Shown here: in pieces, positions 22,867-33,963 of the stretch | Position numbering within the stretch: the stretch's first letter is position 1 | Layout of the letters: each line of letters begins with the position of its first letter | Assembly (NCBI GenBank): GCA_002633005.1 | Contig: NMRA01000536.1 | Coordinates: 76,195 to 140,194, forward strand | Source: Phoronis australis | Lineage: Eukaryota > Animalia > Phoronida | Length of the DNA stretch: 64,000 nt | Direction: 5' to 3' | Position numbers and translations under genes: made by a program | Notes under the pieces: model-generated | The model's input: only the letters and a program-made list of their open reading frames with translations | Told to the model about the DNA's origin: nothing | The model's database searches: none

Positions 22867-24393
22867 CTAACTACAATGTGTTTCTTTGTGAGAAATGAGT
22901 TCTTTGTTTCGTGTAAAGGTCTTTCCACATACTGAGCAGACATGCAATTTCTTGCCAGTGTGAACTTGTGTGTGAACAAGAAGACCGCCGCTTTTCGTAA
23001 AAGACTTTCCGCACACATTACATACATATGGTCTCTCACCTGTGTGTATTCTTGCATGATTGACAAGATCGACCTTACGTTTATAAGTCTTTTCACACTC
23101 AGTACATTTGTGTGGTCTCTCTCCGGTGTGTGACCTTGTGTGGCTCACAAGATCCCTCTTATGCTTATAAGTCTTATCGCACTCGGTACACTTGTGTGGT
23201 CTCTCTCCAGTATGTGTTCTGGTGTGAAACACAAGATCGCCCTTGAGTTTAAAAGCCTTTCCACACACGTTACAAGTATACGGTCTTTCACCAGTGTGTG
23301 TTCTGGTGTGGCCGACAAGATTCCCCTTCTGGTTAAAAGACTTTCCACACTCTGTGCACTTATATGGTCTCTCACCAGTGTGAATTCTTGAATGGATGAC
23401 TAGCAAGTTTTTTTTTGTAAAAGACTTTCCGCACTCAGTACACCTATGAGGCTCTTCACCAGTGCGTGTGCAACAGTGACGTTTAAAATCCGTATTTAGC
23501 TTAAAAGACTTTCCACACACTGTACAGAGGAATGGTCGCTTATCTGTGTGTCTTCTAGAGTGATTGACAAGGCAAGACTTTGAATAGAAAGTCTTCTCAC
23601 ACTCAGTACACTTGTATGGCCTTTCGCCCGTGTGTTTTCTAGTGTGAATCACAAGACCACCACTTCGTGTATACGACTTCCCACATATAGCACACTTGTA
23701 GGGTCTTTCACCAGTGTGAGCTCTTTCATGATGAATAAGGTCCCACTTTAGGTTAAAAGATTTTCCACACACAGTACACTGGTATGGCCTCTTACAAGTG
23801 CGCTTTCTTGAGTGGTTTACAAGACTGACGTTTGATTTCAAAGACTTTTTGCACCGAGTGAACTTGTATGGTCTCTCACAAGAGTGTATTCTTGAATGAA
23901 CACCGAGACTACGTCTACTTGGAAACGACAAGGGACACAGCGTACACCTGTACGCCATCTCCCCACTATAGATTCGGACATGAGCCTCCATTTGAAATCT
24001 ATGTTTGAATACCTGGCCACAATCATAACACTTGTACTGCTGCATAGTCCAAGAATTGTTTGTTACTGTCAGAGAGTTATCAACTGTCTCAATCACAGGA
24101 TTACCCTCCATGGTATTGTACTCATCACACTCCATAATGAGATCGGTGGGTACAAATAAACTGCTACCATAATGGGCCATGCCTTCGTTCACCCCATGTT
24201 CATGGCTTATAGTATTTATCCCGTTGCAGTCTTCATCCACTTCCTCTTTTATACAACACCCCTCCCCATTCTGGTCCCTGGCACTGCCGACAGAATTAAC
24301 CTCACCATATTCTGTGGTATTCAGGCTATGATCATGATTTTCCTTGAACTTGGTAACAGCCAAATCAGCAACATTGGCTAGCTTTAATGCCAT
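22867..24393 (-). CDS. C2H2 zinc-finger protein C (508 aa; ~11 intact + 3 degenerate fingers); single coding exon
   Basis: TGERPY-linked fingers; N-terminus homologous to ZNF-A/B; acceptor gttttag at 24425-24426, 31 nt upstream of ATG. Confidence 0.93.
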   Translation of the reverse strand: MALKLANVADLAVTKFKENHDHSLNTTEYGEVNSVGSARDQNGEGCCIKEEVDEDCNGINTISHEHGVNEGMAHYGSSLFVPTDLIMECDEYNTMEGNPVIETVDNSLTVTNNSWTMQQYKCYDCGQVFKHRFQMEAHVRIYSGEMAYRCTLCPLSFPSRRSLGVHSRIHSCERPYKFTRCKKSLKSNVSLVNHSRKRTCKRPYQCTVCGKSFNLKWDLIHHERAHTGERPYKCAICGKSYTRSGGLVIHTRKHTGERPYKCTECEKTFYSKSCLVNHSRRHTDKRPFLCTVCGKSFKLNTDFKRHCCTRTGEEPHRCTECGKSFTKKNLLVIHSRIHTGERPYKCTECGKSFNQKGNLVGHTRTHTGERPYTCNVCGKAFKLKGDLVFHTRTHTGERPHKCTECDKTYKHKRDLVSHTRSHTGERPHKCTECEKTYKRKVDLVNHARIHTGERPYVCNVCGKSFTKSGGLLVHTQVHTGKKLHVCSVCGKTFTRNKELISHKETHCS

Positions 24394-24734
24394 TTTGAAA
24401 ATCTTTTCTCGTCCACGATAACAGCTAAAACGAACAATACAACTTCAGTTATGATTTCCTGAGCAATTAATTTGAACCTGAACACTTTAAACGAGACGGT
24501 TCTATTAAATAACGATTAGCGCGTGCAGGAAGCTTTTTTTCAGCACATAACATCTTGCCCTGGCTAAAACGTGAAAGTCATGTTGCCTACGGATTTTTTT
24601 TCCACTTTTCAACAGCATATAAACATATTTGCAGGCACTCTGGTAGACATTGTACCAGATGTGTGCAGGCCGTGTATGTGGACCCATTGCTCTGATCACC
24701 TGGAACACATCTGAGGATTTTTAACAATGCAGTA

Positions 24735-24993
24735 GACTGTTCCAAGAAACTGACTCGGGTTCATTTTTGTCTTAAGTCTAAGATGAGTCTCAAATTCCAA
24801 ACTTTGAAACTTCCACATCCAATAAGTTAGTCAAAATTAAGACAATGTGAACTTCAGTCAGAAACTTAAGGCAAACTTAAGATCACTTTCTTCGAACGGA
24901 CTTGAGACAAATTTAAGTTCTATATAAAAATTGTTTTAAATTTAACATTTGCCTTGACTACTAGTAAGTCAGTTAACATGGAACAGGTCCCTG
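24735..24993 (-). mobile_element. Older copy of the Harbinger-type MITE at 59981-60228, inverted
   Basis: ttccaagaaactgact..ttccaaactttgaaacttccacatcc..tggaacaggtccc matches the reverse complement of 59981-60228. Confidence 0.7.
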
Positions 24994-25337
24994 AGCTTTT
25001 GAAAAATGGAAACACAACAATTTCGGAAATTGTTCATGATCGAATTTGAGGAAACTTTAAACTTGGAACATTTTGAGTGCAGGGGGACACATAAAATACT
25101 CAGACAATCTAGACTTCATTTGTTAAACAGATTTTTTTCTACTATGAGGTTTGTGTCATGAAAAGTGAATTAAGACAGAAATTCCATCTTGCCCTCCACA
25201 GAACTATTTCCAATACAATTATTACATGTTACCATTGGTTTACCTAGAATTTCAAAAGTGGGAATCCAAATTTCCAAAAATTGACTGAACACGGGAGTTC
25301 CAGTGAGCGTTGGCGGATCATCGGTATTGCTGCAGCA

Positions 25338-25356
25338 GCGTCGCCATCTAGTGGTG
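25338..25356 (-). promoter_or_regulatory. CTCF-like motif (reverse orientation)
   Basis: Minus strand CACCACTAGATGGCGACGC. Confidence 0.45.
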
Positions 25357-25781
25357 TATCCACCTATGTAACAACATAATAAAGTGAAGTGGAAATAAAA
25401 GTGTCATTGATAAAACAAAGACCATTTGTTTATTCGATAACTTTAACTGGAAGTCTACACAGACGTGTTTGAAGCAGTATGCAGAGACATTTTACTCAAC
25501 AAAGAATGTGACTTTCATACTAGAGATGCCAATGTCCACTTAGTCAAAAACCTGTAACACAGAGGTAACGATTTCGGCAGCAATGTCTTGTCTTCCACAA
25601 AGCAGATAGCCGGAATAATGTGTCTTGGTAAAGCCAGTCGCATTTTTATCTAGTTGGTAAACCAATCTTTAAAGTTTAATAGCTGAGTATTAGCTAATTT
25701 TTACCAAACATTTTCCTGACAGTCGACCAATAAATCTCATGCCTTGCACAGCTTTTATAATCAATTATCTCGAGGCAAACT

Positions 25782-26366
25782 ATGACAGAGTCAGGCCTCA
25801 AAACACGCAGCTTGACAATAGGGGAAAACATCAGGGTAACATTGCCTTTTGTGCCAGGGATCGCTGACCAGATCAAATCACATATGAGGAGACACGACAT
25901 TGCTGTTGTATTCAAACCTGTTAACACCATAAGGAGTCAATTGTTAAATGTGAAAGACAAAACCAGCAAAGAGAAAACATCAAATGTGGTGTATGGCATT
26001 TCATGCTCGGAACTGGGGCGTGGAGCAGCATACATTGGGGAAACCAAACAAGCCCTGAAAAGTCATTTCAACCAGCATCGGAGGTCCAGTTATGGGGACT
26101 GCTATGATTCTGCAGTTTTTAGTCACATGGCTTCCACAGACCACTTTTTCGCCATGGAAGATGTGAAGATCCTGGATAGAGAAGAACATTGGTTTCGGAG
26201 AGGGGTCAAAGAAGCTATCTACGAGAGAATTGAGAATCCTAGCCTCAATAGACAGGGGGGGCTGCGGTTTCACTTACCTAGGACATGGGATAGGGCGCTG
26301 AAGAGAATGCAACGAAAACTGTACGACAGATCACATGACAAGTCACGTGACAACTCAGTGGCCTGA
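25782..26366 (+). mobile_element. Penelope-like element 3' fragment: GIY-YIG endonuclease
   Basis: VTLPFVPG..VVFKPVNTIRSQL..KDK..NVVYGISC..YIGETKQAL..HRR..SAV..H..H..VKILDRE..WFRRGVKEAIY..PSLNRQGG..W: canonical PLE endonuclease; no RT upstream. Confidence 0.9.
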
Positions 26367-26400
26367 TGAAGTCCTCGAGAGGAGGACATAACATAGCCAT
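26358..26400 (+). ncRNA. Degenerate minimal hammerhead ribozyme at the Penelope 3' end
   Basis: Stem I tggc/gcca, core CTGATGA, stem II gtcctc/gaggac, GAAA box replaced by ATAA. Confidence 0.6.
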
Positions 26401-26638
26401 CTCCACGTACCGTAAGTCCAGTAATAGATTTATTGATTCTTATTCAGAGTTTTGAGTTTGTTTTGAAAATGTCGTCGCCAATTCACCACTCACACTCACA
26501 GGGATAATTTAACAGGATCAAGGAAAGATAAGACTTCAAAGGTTTATGCATTACCAGATTTTATTTGGATTTGGGGCAGTTGAGGTTGGGAGCCTCGGCT
26601 CGGCGAAGTTTAAGTGTTCAACCTTTATGTTTCTTATA

Positions 26639-27946
26639 CACGGGTGAGAAACAACATGACCGCTGGTCCTCTTAAATCGAACTGACTGACCCCAAAACAG
26701 AACCTCCGGGGATCAAATGGGACCGTCGTACCAGAATATGGGACTGACACACCTAAAAACAGGACCGCCCCACCAGAAAACAGGACCGCCGGAAACTGAA
26801 CATGACCGTCGGGGATTGAAACCGCAGTGACAAACAAGTTAAGATTTATTACCGGTAGGCCTACACAGATCATACAATGGAGCTATATACGTACGCATAT
26901 GCAGGTCTCTTGTCAATTACTCCAACTGAAATCTTTTGTGCGCTACAGGACACTTCGCTTTGTAGCATGTGGCGCTTTTTTTAACCACAAACCAACCACG
27001 TTGCACGCTTTTGAGCTAAATAATTATAACTTTATCCACTGCGTAAGTTTTGGAACAAAATGAAAATCGTTTTCTCCAATTTGACGTTTTAGTCAAGAAA
27101 AAAACACGGGCGTTCTGGTTCTCGGGTGAAGCATCATAACTAGCCTTTGTGCGGCAAAGCAGTATACTAAATATACAGCTTGGCGCCGATGTGGGTGTAA
27201 CACTGAACATATAAAATCTTCACCGAATTAGTGTTATTAAGGACACTCTTCCTTGAGTAAACTAAATTATTTAGCGGCGCTCGCCAGGAAAAATTGTCGT
27301 TCTATCGTTATTCTGCTGCTAAAATTGAGATGCGTTATTTTAGGTCGGCTTACATTGACCAGCTCCTTAATTTTTTCTCCGTTCAGTCAGCTCTTCTACG
27401 AGGTTGCGTACATGGCACAACAAATTATCGGAATTGGTTTCATTTTGTCATAAGTTTTTAGTATTTTAATACCAGCAAATCGAATTTCAGAACAAATCGT
27501 GCTGCTGCGAAGTTGAGTCATCATCTTTCGAAAGATGTTGGAAAATTTTAGAACATGTCGCGTGCTCATGTCACGAGCACGACAGACTTTTTTGTTACAT
27601 TAGGCAAACAAATGACGTTCATTAGATTGTTTTTCACTCAAGCGGCTGCAACCTGCAAGGTGAGTGTTGATTGACTCCTAGATTTTGCAAACGCCTGCTC
27701 CGCTGCTCAGCTAGCTGACCGGTTATGTAATCACAAGCAGTATCACACAAAGACATTGATAACTACAGTATTGTCCGGCGGTCATGTTCAGTCCCCGGCG
27801 GTCCTGTTTTCTGGTGGGACGGTCATGTTTTTAGGCGCGTCAGTCCCAATTTCTAGTGCGACGGTCCCATTTGATCCCCTTAGGTCCTGTTTTGGGTGAG
27901 TCAGTCCGATTTAGAGGACCGGTGGTCATGTTGTTTCTCACCCGTG
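26639..27946. mobile_element. Non-autonomous DNA transposon (1308 bp), ~175-bp TIRs starting CACGGGTGAGAAAC, flanked by TTATA direct repeat; CMC/Chapaev- or Transib-like termini
   Basis: 26639-~26815 is the reverse complement of ~27773-27946; TTATA at 26634-26638 and 27947-27951. Confidence 0.85.
27141..27690 (+). mobile_element. Dispersed repeat nested in the TIR element; other copies at ~55162-55330 and ~56632-57240
   Basis: Shared tagcctt.gtgc..aaagc..atactaaatatacagctt.gc.ccgatg.gggt..aaacta.attatt; also gaatttcagaacaaat..gctgctgc and ttttcactcaa shared with the 56632 copy. Confidence 0.75.
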
Positions 27947-30900
27947 TTATATATGGTTATGAGTCATCGGGAAATTCGAGCGCCTGTGGCTGTGGCATTG
28001 CCAATGCCATTGGCGAGATGCATGCTGTATCTATAAGAACTGGTATTGTGGTTGGCAATTTATGACTTAGAGTGGTAAACCAACGCCCATACCTTAAACC
28101 TTATAGCGCCTTAACTTTGTTAACACCACTGATCAAAGCCTAAGAACAAACCAACTGGAACGTGTTGTCGATTGTCAAGGAAATCTCGCAGTGTTCACTG
28201 TGCGAAGGTAATAATACTAGTATCATACGTGTTCCCGGACAATGACTACCTCGTGGTGTTTGATTTTTTTGGTTTGCACGGTTGGGTAATGTGGCGATTG
28301 ACGTGATATAGAAAACGCAAAAGAAAAACCAAATATACTGTCACAAAAACATTTTGTTTCAGTTATTTTCCAAGAGAAATTTAATTTGAAAAATACACAG
28401 CCACCCGTGTTTCCCACGCCGGACACTCAGTGCCAGCCGGCAGATGGACGTCGGCCGAGGCACTTGACTCAGGCAGGGACCAAAAGTTCTTATTATTAGA
28501 AACTCAGTCAGCAAGCTTACAAACCCGAAGGCATATCATTCAAGAACTTATCTCGTTTTAAGCCATCAGCAAAACCCCGAGCGTGATCTTCTGCCGACGG
28601 TGAATGGTCGTACAGCTATAGTTAGTGTTGGAGGGCCACCTGTGGAATTAATTGTCGCCTTTCATTTATTCACGGTGAATAGGCCCATTTCATATTAATT
28701 AAGAGTCACCCTCTGAGACTGCAAGTCCTAGCTATCTTGGAGGAATTCTGGCTATAAGTTGAACTATTCGTGAAAGCCTGAGTCAGTTCATAGGCCTGGT
28801 CGAAAATTAAGCACGGCACCGATATCGTCACGTTCAACATGCGAAATAATGCTCACCATCAAAACAAAATGATCTACACGTTCCACATTTCAGTGCTCAA
28901 AACGGTTGGTTCAAATAATTGTATATGAAATCGGAGGCTAGACCCGGTAGTCCCCGTCTATATGAAAATACACCAAAGGAGCATTGGTGCAAAACTCGAT
29001 CAGTGATTTTCGTACTACCAGTGCGAAAAACTAGAAGTCGTGAAACGAACCGACCCGGTAATGGTGTTTTTTTTTTTAAAGTCATAGAAAAAACAATGTT
29101 GCGCAATACCGACCATAGGCCTACCTCATACCCTAGAGACGTTTTCTACTTCAAGTTTTCGACGCTATCAACTATCCTATGCCGTCAGTTAGTGGTGGGG
29201 ATTCGCTTTCGGCCACCCTAGACTTATTCATCTCAGCTCATACCCTTTCAGATACTAAGCTGAGCATAATATAGGAGCAGTCTATAGGACTCCCTGTTTT
29301 ATACGAGCAACCAAACATGGCTCAGTTCAAAATTGGTTTTACGGCGATCATGCTTATCTGTGTAGGATGCGCACAAATTGTCAATTTATTGACCTAGTAT
29401 AAAGTGGAAGCAAATGAAAGAAAGGTTTGGCTATTTAATTAACTTTCTTACTAAAACCAGTGAAAATGCAAACAGTTTTTAATTTGAAAACCAACCAGGC
29501 TTGTTAAATTGCAAACTATACATGCATTCGCCGTATTAATTCTTGGCATGTTATGCGAGCCACTAATGCAAGGCACATTTCGCCAATTATTTAGGATTTC
29601 TTTCTCATCTAGCAGTCTACAGAATGGTAGAAATCACGCAATGTTTGAATCGGTCACATTCACTGCCAAGAATTCTACAACGACACTTGGCTTACTCAAA
29701 ATCCAACTGCTGCCTGCTGGTTTGGTAAGTGGCACGACTGTATCGCAAACAAGATATGTCAAGATAATACAAAAGTTTTAGGTTGAGTCACATTTCTTAA
29801 CCGATTTTCAAAATTCAAAAACCAAACCACGTGCACTTTTCACGAACTATTCAAATATATGCCATAAAAAGCTATCAAAACAGAAATTTTGGAAAAACTA
29901 TTGTCGTCCCCAGTATGTTTATGATGGGTCTGATTATCTGAGGAACGGTAACGTCAGCAGCCTGAGGCGATGTAATAAATTTAACCAACTGCATAGTGAC
30001 TTTGATCATATAGCGGCAGAATCCGAGGTACGCAACTGAGTTGCCAAATCTCGCTCCGTGAGGGTGTCAAAGTAGGATTCTTTTCATAGTTGACCGACGG
30101 ATTTTTTCCGTCAACTGCACGTACGTGTATACGAATTAATGAAAACACATGCATCGCAAACCACAAAAGAAACTTTATCTGTATCACTAAATACTTATTT
30201 TTGGTTGTTTTTACTCGGAGGATGGTTTTTTCTATAGGTCAGTTCAAATCCCGAGACCGTTGTTATCAGTTTATGCAACAGTCGATTCGTGACCTGAGTG
30301 CAGATAAAACAGTTGAGCACTCATTTGCACGAAGTCTTAGAATCTTTGTCCCGGTCATGACTGAAAGGTCGGGTCGTAAACATAACACGCGTAAATCAAC
30401 AGAAGTTTACTAAATTTTAAAATTTATTAATCGACGACCGACTGGAAAACTTAATGCTGATTGTGATTTCAGGTTATCCACAACAGACAGGCATTAATTC
30501 CAAGCACCCGGTCAGCAACAACGGAATAAGTTCTAGGCATATAGCTTAATTCACGGAGCTCTGATCGAGCAATGTATTACTATATGGTTGACTATCGTAA
30601 CTTCTGGCTGCTGTACGTAGGAGGAAAAATAATTCTTGGAGTTGAATACGACTCACGTGTTCAAGAACTAACTCAACCAGTCACAAGCCTTTGCTTACAT
30701 CATTTGACAATTTTCACGAGAGCCGTGTTAATGGTCATATCCATTGCACAATCAAGTCAGTGACTTACAATCGCACTACCTGGTGCGGTGACAAATCCGA
30801 CTCGGCCAAGAGATTTTATGAGAATGTAGGCTTTTAAGAAGTACTTGACATTTCCAGAGGAAAAGCAGTGGACGTATGTTAATTAATATTCATGCGTGCC

Positions 30901-31014
30901 GTATATATTCTTACGACAAACATAAACGTAAACAAATAGACGTGTCACGACGTCCGGAGAACCGCAAAATGGGTCTCGTGATAGTGTCCTTGAATTCCCG
31001 TTACGTCACTGGAT

Positions 31015-31056
31015 TATATAAGTGTCGCTTTATAAAGTACAGTTAGACTGCTCAGT
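31015..31056 (+). promoter_or_regulatory. TATA boxes and Inr-like element of the membrane-protein gene
   Basis: TATATAA 31015-31021, TATAAA 31031-31036, TCAGT 31052-31056, ~100-130 bp upstream of ATG 31150. Confidence 0.45.
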
Positions 31057-31149
31057 CAACTGATAACTGGACCCGCGCTTGCTGACACATACTGATTGCA
31101 GGACGGTGAAACGTGAAAAGCAAACGAGAGACCTGTGCCTAGGATACTG

Positions 31150-33963
31150 ATGGACGCTAGCGAAAGGTAACCGTTATTCCTTCTCAGCCACCAAGACAAA
31201 GCTTGTATCTTACCCCTTGTGAATTGTTAAATCAATGCTCTACAAAATATTCTAAATCATTGTAAAATGTATTTTGTTGTTCGTGGTTCGTGGCCTGGCT
31301 TACCCAACATCTAGCTAAGGGCGCAACCGATAAAAACTGCCTTACCTTTTTTGTACCCCACTCAGCCTTGTGACAATTTAATTGGCTTAAGTAAACTTCT
31401 AGCGAGTGAGTTGACGAAGTTTTGACAACATTATTTTGTCTCCAGGATATTTTTGTATGATGTAGTCGCGAACTCTTTGATCCCAAACGACAACATCTAC
31501 ATGTAGCAGCTTTTAGTGTATGGTAGATGATGCATTATGTAACGTTAGTTCGTGTCATTGGTGTTTAATTGCTTAGATAAAGCCAATTCCAAGTATATAA
31601 ATTACCTATGCTTTTACTGCTTAATTACTATGTTGCCAAAGACATCTTCCAAAAATTTCACTTTTCATTATGATAATTTGAATAGTTCCCCGTGCACCTA
31701 AAAACCAGCCTACTTCCAGCTTAATTTCTTAAGTGACTCAATTAGCGAGAACTTTAAGTTCAGTCTCAATATTGGCGATTTCTAATGAGACACTAAAGCA
31801 CTACGGAGTTTGTTGTTTTACAAACCCTTGTAAAAGTGATTAACTTCGCGAAGTCTACTCCATCGAATAGTAATCCCAAAAATGCATTTTCGGTAGTAAA
31901 TGGCTGTCTTAATTTAAAATAACTCTGGTGGTTAAAGTTACACATTCTCATTGTTTTTGTTCACGATTTAAAACGAAACATTTAGTCCCATAATACGAAA
32001 TCTACAGTAGTGTGAATTTTTGTGAAAATGGTAACCGGCATTTCCTGTATGTATGTATGTGCCATTTAAGTAATTACGTTTCTTGTCGGTGTCATGTATT
32101 GAAAAGTCAGTTTATTTCGCTGAATATCCATAAGCTAAAGATTTTAATTGCATATTCTTGAAAGAAGTAGCCTGAAAACGAGTTTTAGCTTTTTAACAAT
32201 TGGGACGTGTGACCATGTCCTTTTAGTAAAGCAAAAACGAAAGGTAGTACATTGTCTGCAAAACAAATCTCGTTTGATATAAATGTTTTAAGACCAAATG
32301 TCAAAAACGCAGTAACAGTTATCTAAATTATCATTTCGCTTTCATTTATGCAACCCTTTTCCAAAAAATCCTATTTTTGATTGTCCCTCATGTGAATGCG
32401 GACTAATACTTAAAAAACAATTTCTAACAGCGTGTTAGAGAACACTGATTAAGGCACAGTATCTCAGCCTGAACGTTTCATATGAACCTGATCAGCCATT
32501 CGTGATATAATCCGAAATTAGCCAAATTTGGAAATTTCCTAGGATCCTATATAATCTTATAGGCTGGCGGTGAATTCCTTTAGTAAAAGTTCAAATTATG
32601 ATTTCAAAAAATGAATCGGAAAGACTAAAAGTTGTCTTAAACATTGAGCACTGACCTGTCAGGTATTGCTGGTGCAGTTCGCTAGTGACGAAAGTTCGTG
32701 TTTAATGCTTTATTTTTTGCCTTTTATGCAGGAGTTTGCTTTCTGGACGAAGGCGCAACCACAGATGGGGATACATCGCACTTATCCTCTTAACCGTTGC
32801 AGCGTTCATTGTTACTATAGCATTAAACGCTGTCGCAGCAATTCCCGGAGGATCGTCTGGTGAGTAGGCCTAGACATCGTTATCTGGAAATTTGTTTTGC
32901 TTTTTTAACTTTCTCTTCAACCAAACAGATCTCAAGTAGGTGTATCGAGTTGTAATAGCGTTAAAAGCATGTGTACTAGGGCTTACCATGACATCAACCT
33001 ACTCTAAGATGGCATTGATCTACATGTTTCCATTAGATGATAAAGTCTTTTTTCACTGCCCGTGCATTTACATAATAATTATTATAACTGTGGGTTCATT
33101 CGAAATGAATGAGATAGGGCGACAGTTTTAACTTACTTAATTTCTTCCTAGGCATTTTCCTTAATAACACTGGAGATCTGTCCGACGTCTACGACACAAT
33201 CGTTACTCCCGCGGGATGGACCTTTTCAATCTGGGCCTTCATTTATACATGGCAAGCATTGTGGCTTGTCTACGCCGTGACGACAATCTTCCGACGGACA
33301 ACGGACGGAGAGTTTCTTTACCTAACGCCGATATTGCCGCCCGTATTTTATGCCGCGTATATTCTCAACCAAGGCGTTAACATCGGATGGCTGTTTCTTT
33401 GGGACAGACAAGAACTTGTTGGAGCTCTCGTGGTGATTGTTCTCATTCCATTCACGCTTTATATTTGCTTGTTTATTTCATACAGAAGGTTGAACGAGTA
33501 CGGTGTAGCCCTCATTAAGACAGGTATGCGTAAAGACATCTGGTTAATTCGCCTTTTAGTTCAGAACGGAATAACGTTCTACGCAACGTGGACAACTATT
33601 GCGTCACTCGTCAATTTCGCTGTCGTTCTCGTCCACGTGGCTGACGTGGAGCAGACAACAACAGGCATAATCGCGCTCACCATCCTCACGGTTGAAATAG
33701 CCGCCTACTTTTTAATGGAGACTGTGTTCTTCGATCGATGGCTGAGGTACACCTTCAGCCACTATTTTGTCGTGATCGCAGCTCTTGCTGGTTGTCTTGA
33801 CAAGAACTATCAGGAAGGTTCGGCAACAACCATCTTCAACATTGTATTAATTGCAGTCGCGGGTCTGTTAGCTTTAATCAAACCCATCGTCATGTTAAGA
33901 AGAGCTGCTACCAAACCAATTTTTAGGACATACGCTGGAAATTCAAATGTTCTTAAGATGTAA
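31150..33963 (+). CDS. Uncharacterised multi-pass (~8 TM) membrane protein, TspO/MBR-like TPAGWTFSIW family; exons 31150-31166, 32732-32859, 33152-33963 (318 aa)
   Basis: GT-AG introns join in frame (957 nt): MDASERSLLSGRRRNHRWGYIALILLTVAAFIVTIALNAV..NNTGDLSDVYDTIVTPAGWTFSIWAFIYTWQALW..NIGWLFLWD..VQNGITFYATWTTIASLVN. Confidence 0.85.
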
